Origin: Octopus sinensis
Taxonomy: Eukaryota
DNA length: 64,000 nucleotides
Direction of reading: 5' to 3'
Assembly (NCBI RefSeq): GCF_006345805.1
Contig: NC_042998.1
Location: 141,980,001-142,044,000, forward strand
Shown: in pieces, positions 50,114 through 63,665 of the stretch
Numbering within the stretch: position 1 is the first letter of the stretch
Layout of the letters: the number at the start of each line of letters is the position of its first letter
Notes under the pieces: model-generated
The model's database searches: none
Seen by the model: the letters and a program-made list of their open reading frames with translations, nothing else
Told to the model about the DNA's origin: nothing
Position numbers and translations under genes: made by a program

Positions 50114-53100
50114 CAGTGCCTGATGTAGGACAAATGAGGCTCTGTGCTACCTAAGTTATGAGGTCCCTTACTTGGACAGTCAGACATAACATGCTCAGGA
50201 AATTTAGGAGTAGTTAAAATATTACGTGCTACCAGCTCAATCATTATTTTTTTAAACGAATCTTAGTCAAATTTTTTAATTATCAGGGCTCAGAGAATGT
50301 TTTTGGAGAGGTTTATGATTAAATTCAGGTTTACACTGCAACAAACTTGAAGCTATTATATATTAACCAAACCCAACCCGCCTAACGCTGTCTTACACAG
50401 GTCACATGAGGAAATAGTCAAACTTGATAAAAAGAGAACAGACAGGACAGTCATGACAGTCAACATCATGTGACATTTTAACCTTTGAAGATCGACAACA
50501 TTTTTATTCTTAAACTTTATTTGAAAATAACAATCTTAAATCATACAATGATGATTGATGAAAAAGTTTAGTGTTTACACAAAAAATCAAATAATCAAAT
50601 TGCTGTTTTTATATTATCCTGTTAAGGCTTGTTTACACATTTGCAGCAGATAATTTAATGTGAGAACATCTTCCTTCGGGCTTTCCTAATTTCAGACTCA
50701 TCAATGATTTCATCCAAATCAATAACTCGCTGTTTATCAACCTCTATACAGAGAATACTCAGATTAGACAGCCGCTCTTGTGATATTGTTGAACGAAGGT
50801 CACTTTTGATCCTTTTCAGCCTAGAAAATAATCTCTCTCCAGAACAGTTGGCGACCATCAATTTGAAAACTGTTTCCACATTTGGGAAAGTGGCCTGAAT
50901 TTTCTCCTGTTTTATTTGGTACATGTTTTGGTGGCTGAAACTTTCTTTTTCTACATGAGCCTGTTTGACTTACAGGCTCATGCAGAAAGTCAAGAGTTCA
51001 TCAACAAGACTAATATCAGCATCCTTTGGATATTCTTTTAGTCTCTTGACACTATGGAAAATGTGTTTCCTCGGTGCTTGCAGATCAATTAAAAACGAGA
51101 AATTGTCAGCAACATTACTATACACAATAGTTATTCTGTCTAAATTTGAGCAAAGAACATCAATTACAAGGATAAATGAATGCATCTAAAATTATCTCTT
51201 GGAAGAACTTCATCAAAAGATTTAGTTGCACTGTCATCATTATGGTGTCGTTTTCGTACTCTACTCCTTCTTTGGAGAGTTTTGTACTTTACACTAGGTA
51301 GAGTAATTTTTGCTTGCTCCTCAATCTTACCAAAGTTTTCCCGTGTGCTGGAAATAAATTGCAGAAGTGAAGTGTTTAGGTTTGCTCACGTGGTCAATGA
51401 AATCTGTACACTTTGAAGGGCATTACTTACTTTGTGAAACTTCTCAAGCAAACCTGTCCAAAGATGAAGCATGAAAACAAATACAAATTCTTCCATTTTC
51501 TGCAAAAGATTTTAAGCTTGTCTAGTATTACTCTTTTCAGTGTCATCATTATCGATATGATTGAGTGCTTCAATAATATGAGCGTAACTTTCACTGATAG
51601 CTGACGTAGCTCTGTGCCAGATAATTGTTGCAGAGCTTTTGACTCTGGTGGCATGAAGTTTTTCAGCACTACCCACCGTCTTGTAGAGGCTGAAAAAAGC
51701 AATAAAATTCAATGACAACGCCAAAGAAATTCACTACATCTAGGCAAGAGTCAACTGTAGCTCTTCCAACCAGATTTAGGGAATGTCTAGTACAGGGAAT
51801 ACATTTTGCAAACTTATACTTTTCCAGAATTTTCTGTTGAACGCCATTATACTTTCCAACCATGTTAGCTGCATTGTCATATGACTGACCCCCTTCAATT
51901 ACTGAAATCAATTTCAAGTTCTTCAAAGAAGTTCACTGTCAATTTAGCCATTCTTTCACCTGTGTGATCCATCAGTTCAATGAACTTCAAAATCGTTCAG
52001 CCGGTATTCCATCAAGGAGAGAAACATATCTAACAATTACAGTTAGTTGATCAACATTAGGTGCTGAATCGACCGATACACTAAAGTACCCTGTTTCTTT
52101 TATTTCTTTCACTAGTTTTTCAAAACCCTTTTTTAGCTATTAGCTGGATAAATTCTTCACATATGGTTTTGGATGGGATTGATGGATGGCCAGATCCTTT
52201 ATTTCCATATTGATTTAGGTGGATACATAAGAAGGGATCTGATTTGGCAATCAATTCCTGCAAACCGAGAAAGTTTCAGTTGTTTGGTGAGCCGAAGGTT
52301 TTATCATCTCTCAAAGCCAATCCATGTTCTGCCAACAGACAAATCACTGCCATCACCCGTTGAAGTTCATACTTCAAGTATTCCTATTCTGCTTTCATTT
52401 GTTCATCAAGTTTTGTTGTAAGCGTCTGACCACGTTTTCTTGTTAAGTAGGTCAACATAGATTCCATAGGAATTTTCATGGATCTTAATAATTTGAGTAT
52501 GAGACCAGTTATCAAATCCTGAAGAAGCTAGAGCTGTGATTGAGAAAAAATTCTCAGAGAGTTTTGAGAAAAATTTGCAGACAAAACAGTAAACTTTTCC
52601 TTTATATTAGCCATTTCCGAGGGTAGGTTTCTCCATTTATTTTAGTGGAGAAGATTAAAATTCTTGAGCATGAACGAGTTTGAATTTTGTAGGTTCGCTT
52701 CCAAGTTTCAAAAGGTTTATCTCAGTGCTGACCTTCCGAAGGGCCTTTTTCAACCCAGTATAAAATTTCTTCATTGTTCAATGTGGTCCAAATATCTTGA
52801 CAATGATATCAGTGCTTGGAGTTATTGATAAATGTTCCTGGGTACCACTGATACTTGGAGTTACTGACAAATGTTCCTGGATGTCACTGATATTTGGAGT
52901 TACTGAAGAAGGTTCTTCAGTGTCACTGGTAGTTGAAGTTACTAAAAATATTCCTGGGTGCCACTGGTACTAAGTGTTACTGACAAATGTTCCTGGGCGC
53001 CAAGTAACGCATCTGAATAATCTGTATCTGTTGTTGAACTTGTTTGTTCTGAGTTGGCAAAGCCAAATGATGTGATTGGCTTTAAACGCTTGATTATATA

Positions 53101-53957
53101 TTTTTGTTCTTTTTGAAGTTTTCTTATACGAACACCACTTTCACAAGGTCTACTCATTGTTATGATTATAGAGCTGGAGCAGAATATCACTTGTTTGGAT
53201 CCAATTCTAGGAACTTAATACAAATTTAAAGTGAGTATGTAATAAATTAACAAAAGAAATTAGCAATATAATATCAAAAGTTAAAACAGAAAGTTGGATA
53301 AAAACTTGCTACAAACTAGATCGAACTTACAAAAGACGCTAAAGGAAAAACAATAACACACACAAACACTCTCATACAAAATAACCAATGTACCGCATAT
53401 ACTTCACAGCAAAAATCCAACTTAATCATAGAATATTTTTTTACATTGCAATTATTTATCAGTGTTATTTATCAGTGTATTTCATAACAATACTATGTTA
53501 TCTATCAGTGTTATTTTATAACAATACTGTGTTCACATTATAACTCGTTTTATCTCTGTAATTTTTTTACGTTGACTAGTGCACATTGCATATTTGTATA
53601 CAAATTATCTATGAAATAATTTGCATGGGTACACTCAGTGAAAATATGTTATTTTCATCATGTTAATTATTTTATCAAAGTATTTTTTATTGGATAATAC
53701 AATGAGTGCGTTCATATTGTGTTATGTTACTGGTCAAAAGCAATTTTTGTATAGAGAATTGTTTATATACAATGTTATGTTAAAAAATAACATTCAAAAG
53801 GGTTCACATTATTAATTTCACTTTAATAACTTTTAGGAAAAACATTTGAACGTTTGACATTTGAAAATTTCATCGTAAAAAATTTGGTGGGGTAGGAAGA
53901 TACCACTCCCCACCGGTCAACTTAAGACACTTAAGCGCAATGGCAAATCCGGTACTA
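50114..53957 (-). mobile_element. hAT transposon (Tip100/ZMYM1-like), about 3.8 kb, decayed
   Basis: Imperfect ends CAGTGCCTGATGT / AAATCCGGTACTA enclosing the transposase; TSD only 5/8. Confidence 0.8.
50655..53157 (-). pseudogene. hAT transposase pseudogene
   Basis: GQSYDNAANMVGKYNGVQ, CIPCTRHSLNL, FSASTRRW, and the dimerization domain VANCSGERLFSRLKRIKSDLRSTISQERLSNLSIL. Confidence 0.9.
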
Positions 53958-53974
53958 ATTTGAAGGTCTTCATC

Positions 53975-54530
53975 CACGTAAAGTGTTGACATCTGTTAGG
54001 TGGGATATGAAAGGTTTAGTCCACTTTGAACTTTTAAGCCCAAACCAAACGATAACAAAGGATATCTACTGCGAGCAGCTTGAGAAGGTTAAGTCAACGC
54101 TAGAAGAAAAACGACCATCTTTGGTTTCAAGACGAAAGGTGTTCTTCCATCAGGATAATGCACGGCCACACACAGCGAGGTTGCCATTTCAAAGGCTGGA
54201 ACAGTTTGAATGGGAAACGATGCCTCACCCACCATATTTGCCGGACATTGCTCCATCTGATTATCATTTATTTCGCAGTCTTCAAAATCATTTGGACGGA
54301 AAAAATATAAATTCTGTAGACGAGGTCAGAACAGTACTGGAGGAGTATTTTTCGTCGCAGAGAAGTAAATTTTGGAAGAGGGGCATTGCAAGTCTACCAG
54401 ATAGATGGAAGAGCATTGTAGAAATTGAAGGAGAGTATATTTTAGCTTAAAAAAGAACATTGTTTATCTTAATTTTAAAAAATAAAGGAAGTGTAAAAGA
54501 TCGCATCATTTATGGGATGTACCGATACTA
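53975..54530 (+). mobile_element. mariner 3' half, open frame 53983-54450
   Basis: WDMKGLVHFELL...FHQDNARPH...HPPYLPDIAPSDYHLF...LPDRWKSIVEIEGEY. Confidence 0.9.
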
Positions 54531-54564
54531 AAGCCTCGTATTCTTAATTTAATATCTTTTGACT

Positions 54565-54828
54565 CAGGTCCTCATGGGCTACGCAATGGGTGTCAAGTTT
54601 CCTCCACTCGATTTGGTTCGGCTGCTGCATTTTCACATCCATTCCATGAAATGTTCTTTGTTGAAATCTGCAATTCACAAAATATTTCAACAATTTTTAT
54701 ACAATTCTTAATATATAATTATAAAAATGCAGTTGGAATGTTTTGTACACATCGAATGGCTATGGAGGTCCAGTAAAATAAAATAGAAATCAAGAGGTCC
54801 ACAGGCAAAAAATGGTTGAGAATCACTG
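54565..54828. mobile_element. hAT MITE related to 3150-3421
   Basis: Shared ATCGAATGGCTATGG...AAAAATGGTTGAGAATCACTG. Confidence 0.65.
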
Positions 54829-54834
54829 ATGCAA

Positions 54835-55190
54835 GACAGAGAATGTGGCCAGTTAGGCCGAACACGTTCTCTGCTACAATCTTTTGCAGAGGTCCTAACC
54901 TAGCTCTTCCCAGAACCTCCTCATTTGTAACACGGTCACTCTAGTTCCTCCTCAGGGTGTTTTTGAGATACCTTTGATGGAATACGTTTAGCTTTTTCTA
55001 TCTGTCTTTACTGCGCTCTTCAAAATCTCACTAAAATACATTGCAGTGGACAACAGAACGGTGAAGTTATATAGAAGGAATTTCACATCTGTGCTGATGT
55101 TTGAGGCTGCCCAAATGGAGTACAGACGCTGAAACACTTCTGCTGCCATTCTAATCATGCATTTTATATCCAGTTCCACATCTTATGTGC
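54835..55190 (-). mobile_element. RTE LINE RT C-terminal fragment
   Basis: DIKCMIRMAAEVFQRLYSIW...NVFHQRYL...DRVTNEEVL. Confidence 0.8.
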
Positions 55191-55224
55191 CGTTTATGAC
55201 ATAATTCATAAACTTTATAGACTA

Positions 55225-55600
55225 TCTTTTATCTATTATCTTTTACTTGTTTCAGTCATTTGTTTTTAGCCGAACAAATCGACTCAGCACTTTTTTAAAG
55301 CTTGGTACTTATTCTATCGGTCACTTTTGCCGAGCCGTTAAGTTACGGGGACGCAAACACAGCAACACCAGTTGTCAAGCTGTGGTGGGGGACAAACACA
55401 GACACAAAGACACGCGATACACACACAAACATGTATATGTGTGTGTGCATGTGCGTGTTTGTGTGTGTATGACAGGCTTCTTTCAGTCTCCATCAACTAA
55501 ATCCACTGCAAGGCTTTGGTCAACCCGAGGCTATGGTAGAAGAACCCAGAACCATCTATTAAGAAGCAAGCTTCTTACCACACAGCCATACCTGCGCCTA
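55225..55600 (-). mobile_element. SINE family A
   Basis: Reverse complement of family A. Confidence 0.85.
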
Positions 55601-56087
55601 TGTATGGTTTCAAAAGCCTTATGCCCTATGTTATATTTATAATATAATTTTTAAAGTTTTATCCCCTAAGTTCTATTTATAACATCATTTACGGAACCTC
55701 ATACCCTATGTACTATTTATAATAGTCGGAACAGCTTGTTACAGTCCTATTGATTTATTTACCAATAAAATATGTAAATGAAACTATTGTTAAAAGTAAG
55801 CCTGCTGTATGGTTTATGATGGACTGTATTTATAATTCCCTACAGCCTTCATCATTTGACGGTTTCACGTAGCTGGAGAATAACTTCATTATTATAGAAT
55901 TGCACAATGAAGTGAAGCAAACTTAATTTGTCATTCGTATGTGAATTGTAAATTGGGAAATATAAATTTATCATTCGTGTGTGAATTTTAATATGTAATT
56001 GTTTTCTAACGCGTTTTCTTGGTCGTTATATCAACAATCGATAACTATCAGAACTGCATTTGTTGTTGTTGCTGTTGTTGTTGTTGT

Positions 56088-56123
<36 letters not shown>

Positions 56124-56234
56124 CAACGACGACGACGACGACGACGACGATGATGATGATGATGATGATGTATTTTACTTTAAGTAGAACTGACATATTC
56201 TTGATTAGACACTGTCTAGAATTAATGCAGATAT

Positions 56235-56347
56235 ACTTAGACAAATGTTGTTTCGGGTTCAGTCCAACTATACGGCTCCTTGAGAAAGTATCTTCTGTTA
56301 TTAGTCCGAGCCTACCAATGCCTTATGAGTGGATCTGGAATCCCGCC

Positions 56348-56383
<36 letters not shown>

Positions 56384-56600
56384 TGTGAATTGTGTGTTAA
56401 ACTCCACCTCTGCTTGACAATCGGTGTTGGTTTGTTTACGTCCCTGTAACTTAGCGGATCGGGAAGAAGAGACCGATAGAATAAATACCAGATTTACAAA
56501 TAAGTTCTGGGATCAATTGGTTCGACCGAAGACTTCCTCGAAGAAGGTACCCCAGAATGACGGCAGTCCAATAACTGAAAGAAGTAAAGGATAAAAAAAT
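56235..56600 (+). mobile_element. SINE family A (old)
   Basis: CCTTGAGAAAGTATCTT centre and tail. Confidence 0.75.
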
Positions 56601-56844
56601 AAAAAAGATTTCTGTCGTATGACGAGGAGTTCAAATTAAGTTGTTGCTATTAAAATCACGAACCAAATTAATTATTAACTGATATAAAATACTAGTTTCC
56701 AAAGCATTTTATCCTGGTTAGGCAGTTATCTTAATACAAATTTGTATAACAGATTATCAAGTTACTTCTGTTTATATTTAAACAGCCCAGCGTTAGGATT
56801 AGAATTATCTACCAAGCGAATCATTACGTAAATATTGATTTCAA

Positions 56845-57710
56845 AGTTTGGCACGAAATTAGCAAGTTTAGGGGTGGATAAGTTGATTATGTTGACCCCA
56901 CCACCACCACCACCACAATGCTCAACAGGTACTTATTTTATCAATCCCGAAAGATGAAAGGCGAAGTAGACCTCGACGGAATTGGAACTCAGAACGTAAA
57001 GACGGATGAAATGCCACTACGCATTTTGCCCGATGTGCTCACGATTCTGCCAACTTGCTGTCTTAATCATTACATAAATATTTTTTTTTGCTCTAGGCAC
57101 AAGGCCTGAAATATTTTAGGAGGGGAGCAATCAATTAGATCGACATCAGTACGCAACAGGTACTTAAATTTATCGACCCCGAAAGGAAGAAAGGTAAAGT
57201 CGACCTCGGCAGAATTTTAACTCAGAACGTAACGGCAGACGAAATACCTATTTCTTTACTACCCACAAGGGGCTAAACACAGAGAGGACAAAAACAAAAA
57301 CAGACAACCGGATTAAGTCGATTATATCGATCCCGGTGCGTGACTGGTACTTATTTAATCGACCCCGAAAGGATGAAAGGCAAAGTCGACCTCGGCGGGA
57401 TTTGAACTCAGAACGTAATGGCAGACGAAATACCACTAAGCATTTCGCCCGACGTGCTCACGATTCTGCCAGCTCGCTATCTTAATCATTACATAAATAT
57501 TCTTTTCTACACTAGGTTCAAGCCCCGAAATTTTCGGGGCAGGGGGGACCAGTCGATTATATCGACATCAGTACGCAACTGGTATTTAATTTATCGACCC
57601 CAGAAGGATGAAAGGCAAAGTCGACCCCGGCGAAATTTGAATTCAGAACGTAACGGCATTTCGCTTATGATTCTGCCAGCTCACTGTCTTATTCATTACA
57701 TAAATATTAC
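56845..57710 (-). mobile_element. Tandem array of four SINE family B units
   Basis: Units of about 200-240 bp; flank (C)TTAATCATTACATAAATATT recurs at about 57062, 57481 and 57692. Confidence 0.85.
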
Positions 57711-58051
57711 TTCATGTTTTTGGTTGTCACATAAATTCGGTCGTTATTTTTTTTTCATTTATTTCAATCCTTTCCATTATTTTTACTCTAGTGTTTTAAT
57801 TTTTTTTTGTCACACTAATCTTTCTTTACAACTTTTGTTAATCGTTTTTGAATTTTGAATAAATTTTCACTATTTTCAGGCTATCGAATACCAAATATAT
57901 ATATATATATATATACATACGAACGGAAACGGGAAACTCAGAGTAACAGGTTTTGTTGAATTTTCTGCTGCTTTAAATAAAGCATATTACTCTACCACTG
58001 GTATTTGAGTACTCTTTTTTCCACCTTGTTTCACATTTATGTGTTTACTCC

Positions 58052-58128
<77 letters not shown>

Positions 58129-58346
58129 ATATATATGTGTGTGTATATATATAAAAACGAAGGAATTTGTCTGTCAACCAATATTTGGAACAATAAATGA
58201 ATCAGTTTAGAATGAGACCGAAGTTATATGCTTAAGGTAAATGCAATGATGTGATTTGACGTAATACAATGATATTTTTGTGAAGGCCTTCAATAATAGT
58301 AACGTTTTTGGATTCCATGTAAATATCATTCTCGTCATTCAGTTAC

Positions 58347-58383
<37 letters not shown>

Positions 58384-58939
58384 TCAGTTTATTCATTGAA
58401 CAAAATGCAAGTAACTAAGTCAACAGTATTCTGAGCCTGTTTACTAATCTATTTAGAAAGAAAATAAAGTATAAAAACTCAATGAAGTAAAATAGCGTAT
58501 AGGTAACTCGAGATTTTGTACAAGCTCATTCCACAGTATACAGAAATATAAACCAGCTTGCATTTGCACTTATCTGTCTGTATAGGTGACACTTTTCCAA
58601 TAGGTAAAGAGATTAGTAACAGAAAGGTAAACTATTGTTAAAGCAACACAATGAATGCTTTCTATCGGATATCTGGTGTGTCTGGCTGGCAAGTGTTTAT
58701 TGGAAAGTTAAACTGACGTGACTACTTAGTCTATTCATATCTGAACATTGATGTGTCATATGAATCAACAAAAATACATCTCTCTCGACTTTTGCGTATA
58801 CTTTTGTCAAAGAACATTGAGGCCAGTTACGAACACTGTTCCTTCGTATCATTTCTACTCATTGCAAATGTTTGAATCAGATGAAGTGCGTAAAACAACT
58901 TGTCAATAACAAAAAATTGAGAGTTAATTTACAAACTGA

Positions 58940-59720
58940 ATCACAAAATTAAACCATATAATTATCATGACAATCAATATGGAATCAACCTTTTCTTGCG
59001 ATGCGATTACTAACTGTACCATTGAGTTCATGATCCCGATGTAGGCTGACGGGGTGGTTGACGATGTTTGTAGTGGAATGTCTCCTGTATTATGACATAT
59101 ACCGCAGCATTAATTCTAAGACCCCGTGGGAAGATGTGAGGTGGCATGCCATGACTTTTATTACTCCCCATTCCTAAAACCACCGCATTTGCTGGGAACT
59201 TAGTGAGCATCACACTGCAGACATCAGAAGGATAGCCATCTATCATTTCTCATGTAAGACTTTTGCTCTTGGTTGAAGATTTTCTCATCAGAGAATAACC
59301 AAAAGATGCCATGTTTACGAGGGTTTGTTTAAACTTGTTAAGTAACAGCCTGACACGGATCAAACTGCTTTCCTCTGTCTTTGCAGATTTACCTTCTGTA
59401 TATACAACTTGTATCAAATGTTCTCATGCACCACGGTTCTGGTATTCTACACTGATACCTGAAGTTCAGTGACAATGGCTTTCTTTGATTTTCGAGGATC
59501 ACCATAGATCATTTTTGAACCCGTTGGATGAATTTCGGTGTGTGTTTATAGTGCTCGAATATTTAGAATTTCTTTTTCACTTTAATACAGTTGAAGAGAT
59601 ATCATCGAAAACTAGGTGAGATATATTTTGTTGAATCTTTAACTATTTCGTATGAAAACTGGTATTTTGAATGCGCCCTTCATGTTTTAATTGTGAGTTC
59701 ACATGGATCAAGGTAACTTT
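58940..59720 (-). mobile_element. DD37D (maT-like) element, internally deleted
   Basis: PSDVCSVMLTKFPANAVVLG...MPPHIFPRGLRINAAVY plus decayed HTH region upstream. Confidence 0.75.
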
Positions 59721-59745
59721 TTGTCAAGCACGGGCAAAGAACGTA

Positions 59746-60633
59746 CGAGGGAGTACCCAGTAGTAACCGGAAACGTTCTCTGTGGAATAAGCCTGTTGCA
59801 GTTCAGATTTCTGCCGTTCTTGAAGCCACTTTATGCAACTATCAGGCGTCTTCGAGTTAAGTAGTACTGTCACGTGGTGCGTCTTTGTTTTGCAATGCTT
59901 TTCCCCTGTTCGTCGATTTTTGCGATGGCTGAAACAAAGGAACAGCGTGCTTCCGGGAAATTCTGTTTTCTCCTGGGGAAAATGGTGGCCGAACAGTTCT
60001 CATGCTTCAAACTACTGACGATGAGCAAACCACGTGTTTATGAGTGTTTTTCATGCTTTAGGAATGGTCACTTGTCGCTTGAAGACAAATCCCGTTCAGG
60101 GTGACCGTCGACCTCCGGAATGAATAAAAACATCATGAAAATTTATGAACTGATCTTGGAGGACCGTCACTGAACAATTGACGAACTTGTTGATATGAAT
60201 GATGTGTCCTGGAGCTCCTGCCAATGAATTTTGAGCGGAGAATTGCGAATGAAAAGAGCTGCAGCAAAATTTGTGCCTCACCTACTCACAGAAGATCAAA
60301 AGTAGTCAGTACTGAATGCGTGTTGTGAATTGAAAGAACAGTTGGAAGTTGATCCAGACCTTTTTTCGAAGGTCATCAATGGTAACGAAAGCTGGTACTA
60401 CGGAATTTGGAGATGTGGGAGAGGCGAATAAAAAAACGACGGAGGCGTTAAAAGGCATCACTTGGCAAGACTTCTAGCGAAGTTCCGGGACTGCTCCGAA
60501 CAGTGGAAACGCATCTGGACCGATGCATTGCTTCAAATGCAGAATACTTTGAAGGCGATAAAACTGTAAACATGTAAAACTAAGTGAATAAAATAGCATA
60601 GAAAAGTTCCGGTTTCTTTTCGGTACCCACTCG
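59746..60633 (+). mobile_element. Internally deleted mariner, 888 bp
   Basis: TA-CGAGGGAGTACC...GGTACCCACTCG-TA; SLEDKSRSGRPS and AAKFVPHLLTEDQK remnants. Confidence 0.85.
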
Positions 60634-60839
60634 TATACACTTTATGGAACTTTGCCATCACAAATCTGCTATTGCTTACTTTTTAACTGTTGACAATTCT
60701 GAAAATAATTTTCTCAGATGACAACTGGTTTGAATATATGTTTTGTACTTCAGATATATGGCCAGTTGTGAGAGAAGAAAATGTAAAAACAATCCCGATG
60801 TTTTCTGCCAAATTTGTGGATGTTACACTTTACATAGGC

Positions 60840-61190
60840 AGCGAAAGAAAATCACAGATTTTCTAAAAGAAAGCGTACCTTTAGCATGAAACTAGGTGAT
60901 CGAGACAAAGACTGGAGCACTTCATGCAGAGTGTAAAATATTTGTTTGGAACACTGAGATAGTGGCTGTTGCAAATACTGAAGCAGAAAGTTTCCAACTT
61001 TCTCTTGTGAGAAAATTAAGGTTGGTGTGTTTGATAGACCACAGATTAGGTGGGGATTGCAGGACAAACAGTTTTTCAAAACCATGTCTGGTTTTGAAAA
61101 TGAAGCATGGAATGCTTTTGCTGCTGTTATCTGATTCCCTGGCAAACTGGAAGTCGTCAAATTATGAAGTATATGTGGAGACTCCGCTTC
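60840..61190 (+). pseudogene. DNA transposon-derived protein remnant, superfamily uncertain
   Basis: MKLGDRDKDW and KFPTFSCEKIKVGVFDRPQIR...ENEAWNAF resemble the widespread KLGDQDKxW / KIKEGIFVGPQIR transposase family. Confidence 0.55.
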
Positions 61191-61354
61191 CTTTGTCATT
61201 TTAATTTCAAATATGTATGTATATATACTTATATATATATATATATAGAGTGAGAGATAAAATTTACTTGGAAAAGGATGCGTGGCGTTCGATCATATAA
61301 AAATGTAAATAATATATAATTATATGCATATATACATACATATATGTACATGCC

Positions 61355-61885
61355 TACATATATATGTATATATACATGCATATAAGGGTACAGAACATCA
61401 AAACACAATGATGAAACGAAAACATAAAAACAAAAACATAGAAACGAATTTTTTTTTCGAACAACGAAGAAAACAAACAGAGAAACAAGACATACAACAT
61501 AAAGAATATTCCCCTCCATAAAGGCAAGGACAAGACGCGACTTTATTGAAACAGTCCTTCCCGCAAAGCGAATTAAATAAAATTTGTGATTTGTTTTTGC
61601 GGAGATTCAAAGTGGTAACAAGAACAGGACAGTGAGAACAAAACAGTAAAAACAAACGGTGAGGGTTGTTAAGCCAAGACGATAGAAAAATTGTTATGAA
61701 CGGTAGGAAGACGAGCTTATGAAGGAGACAGTATTCTTTATGTTGTATGTCTCGTTTCTCTGATTTTTCGTTGTTCGAAAGAAAATTCGTTTCTGTTTTT
61801 GTTTTTATGTTTTCGTTTCTCATTGTGTTCAACGTTTTTTTTTTTGATGTCCTGTACCCTTATATGCATGTATATATACATATAT
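61355..61885. mobile_element. PLE-derived foldback inside (TA)n
   Basis: Inverted ends of about 150 bp (61375-61520 and 61725-61870); interior homologous to about 32690-32810. Confidence 0.75.
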
Positions 61886-61994
61886 ATGTATATGTATACT
61901 CACATATATTTATATATATACATATACACATATATACATACGCACGCACGCACGCATACAGACACACTACACGCACACACACAGCTATATATAT

Positions 61995-62135
61995 ATATAT
62001 ATAAAACAGTCCTTTTTCAATTTCCGTATACCAAATCCACTAGAAGACACCACCTCAAGGTACCATAGAGTGGGACTGAACGCGGTACCATGTGGTTGGG
62101 AAGCAATCTTCTTACCACGCAGCCACGCCTGCGCC
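61995..62135 (-). mobile_element. SINE family A head
   Basis: CCATGTGGTTGGGAAGCAATCTTCTTACCACGCAGCCACGCCTGC. Confidence 0.8.
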
Positions 62136-62479
62136 TCTCTATATATTGGGTAGTCTCACGACATAAAGGAAGAGAAGTACTGAGCCAGTCACATGGATAT
62201 GATAGGATAATAATTGTAGAGAAAGGAATTCCATAAATAAAAGGCCTCTGTCAGTCATCGTTAACCACGCATCTACACATGTATATGCAAGAATTATGGC
62301 ATGTTGAAGAAAACTGGCAGTTCTCCATGCAGGAAAATATCCTTCTCCACACCACTGATGGCCATGCACTTGAGTTGAAACAGATAGCAAAGAGCCGGAA
62401 TATATACTGCAAGACATCACACATAACTCTTTCATTGATTGGTACATTTTTTTTATCAACTCCGAAAGGATGGAAGACA

Positions 62480-62825
62480 AAGTTGACCTCATTAACTGCT
62501 AAGCTAGCACTCCGTCGATTACAACGACGAGTGTTCCAGTTGATCTTTGATCCGATCAACGGAACAGGCTACTCGTGAAACTAACGTGTAAGTGGCTGAG
62601 TACTCCACAGTCACGCATACACTTAACGTAGCTCTCATGGAGATTCAGCAGGACACAGAGTGTGACAAGGCTGGCCTTTGAAATTCAAGTATTACTCATT
62701 TTTTGCCAGCTGAGTGGATTGGAGCAACATGAAATGAAGTGTCTTGCTCAAGGACACAATGCGCCCCGGTTTTCGAACTCAATACCCTACGATCGTGAGC
62801 TGAATAGCCTAACCACTAAGCCACG
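62480..62825 (-). mobile_element. tRNA-derived SINE, family C
   Basis: Minus strand GTGGCTTAGTGGTTAGG...GAGTTCGAAA...GTGTCCTTGAGCAAGACACTT...CCACTCAGCTGG. Confidence 0.75.
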
Positions 62826-62829
62826 AGGA

Positions 62830-63090
62830 CTTACGAGGCTGGAGCTTAACCTGGTTTCTATAAGGCCTATTTGTAGACCGAGATTACAAAACTCCTTACT
62901 GAACAGGAAGCCAATCTGTCGTAGGGTTAACTTCTCGGCTTTAGCAGGAACCCATTTATAGCTGAATGGACTAGATCAACGTGAAATGACATTTTTTGCT
63001 CAGGAATACAACGCACTGAACGGTTCGGGAATCAAAGACATGATAATACGATTGTGGTTGCAATACTCTAACCATTTGGCCACCCACCTT
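62830..63090 (-). mobile_element. tRNA-derived SINE, family D (old)
   Basis: Minus-strand head GGCCAAATGGTTAGAGTATTG; tail related to about 5040-5120. Confidence 0.55.
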
Positions 63091-63611
63091 CACGATGTGT
63101 GATTAAACAAGAAATAATATCAATCTTTGATAAGCATCAAGATAATAACTAAACAAGTAAATACAAAACAATGTGACAATGTCTAGATTGGATTATTATG
63201 ACGTCAGTGAATATAAGATGTTGTACTATCGACGTTAAACTTTGTGAATATGAGTAACAAATAAAGAGAGAAAGAAGTAATTAATCGCTAGTCGTATGAT
63301 CGGATCAGATAAACCCGAAACATCTAAATCTTTGAACTTGGATAACTGTGCTAGCATCTTGCAATCTGTCACTGTTATCCTAAATGTATGTTATTATGTA
63401 TGTGTGTGTGCGTTTGTATGTACATACATATATTTGTGTGTATGTGTATATATATATACATATATATATACACATAATTGTACACAGATCCATACATGCA
63501 CACTTACACACACACAAATATGTACACATATATATATATATGTATATACATATACATGGACATATATAAATGTATAGCTACATACACACACACACAGATA
63601 TGTATATATAT

Positions 63612-63665
<54 letters not shown>

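Noticed and set aside
52800-57710. CRISPR-like arrays
   Set aside because: The periodic units are a coding minisatellite and tandem SINEs, with no unique spacers or cas genes
58480-58640. GIY-YIG endonuclease remnant (CKCKLVYI, minus strand)
   Set aside because: Too short and degenerate; flanking motif residues absent
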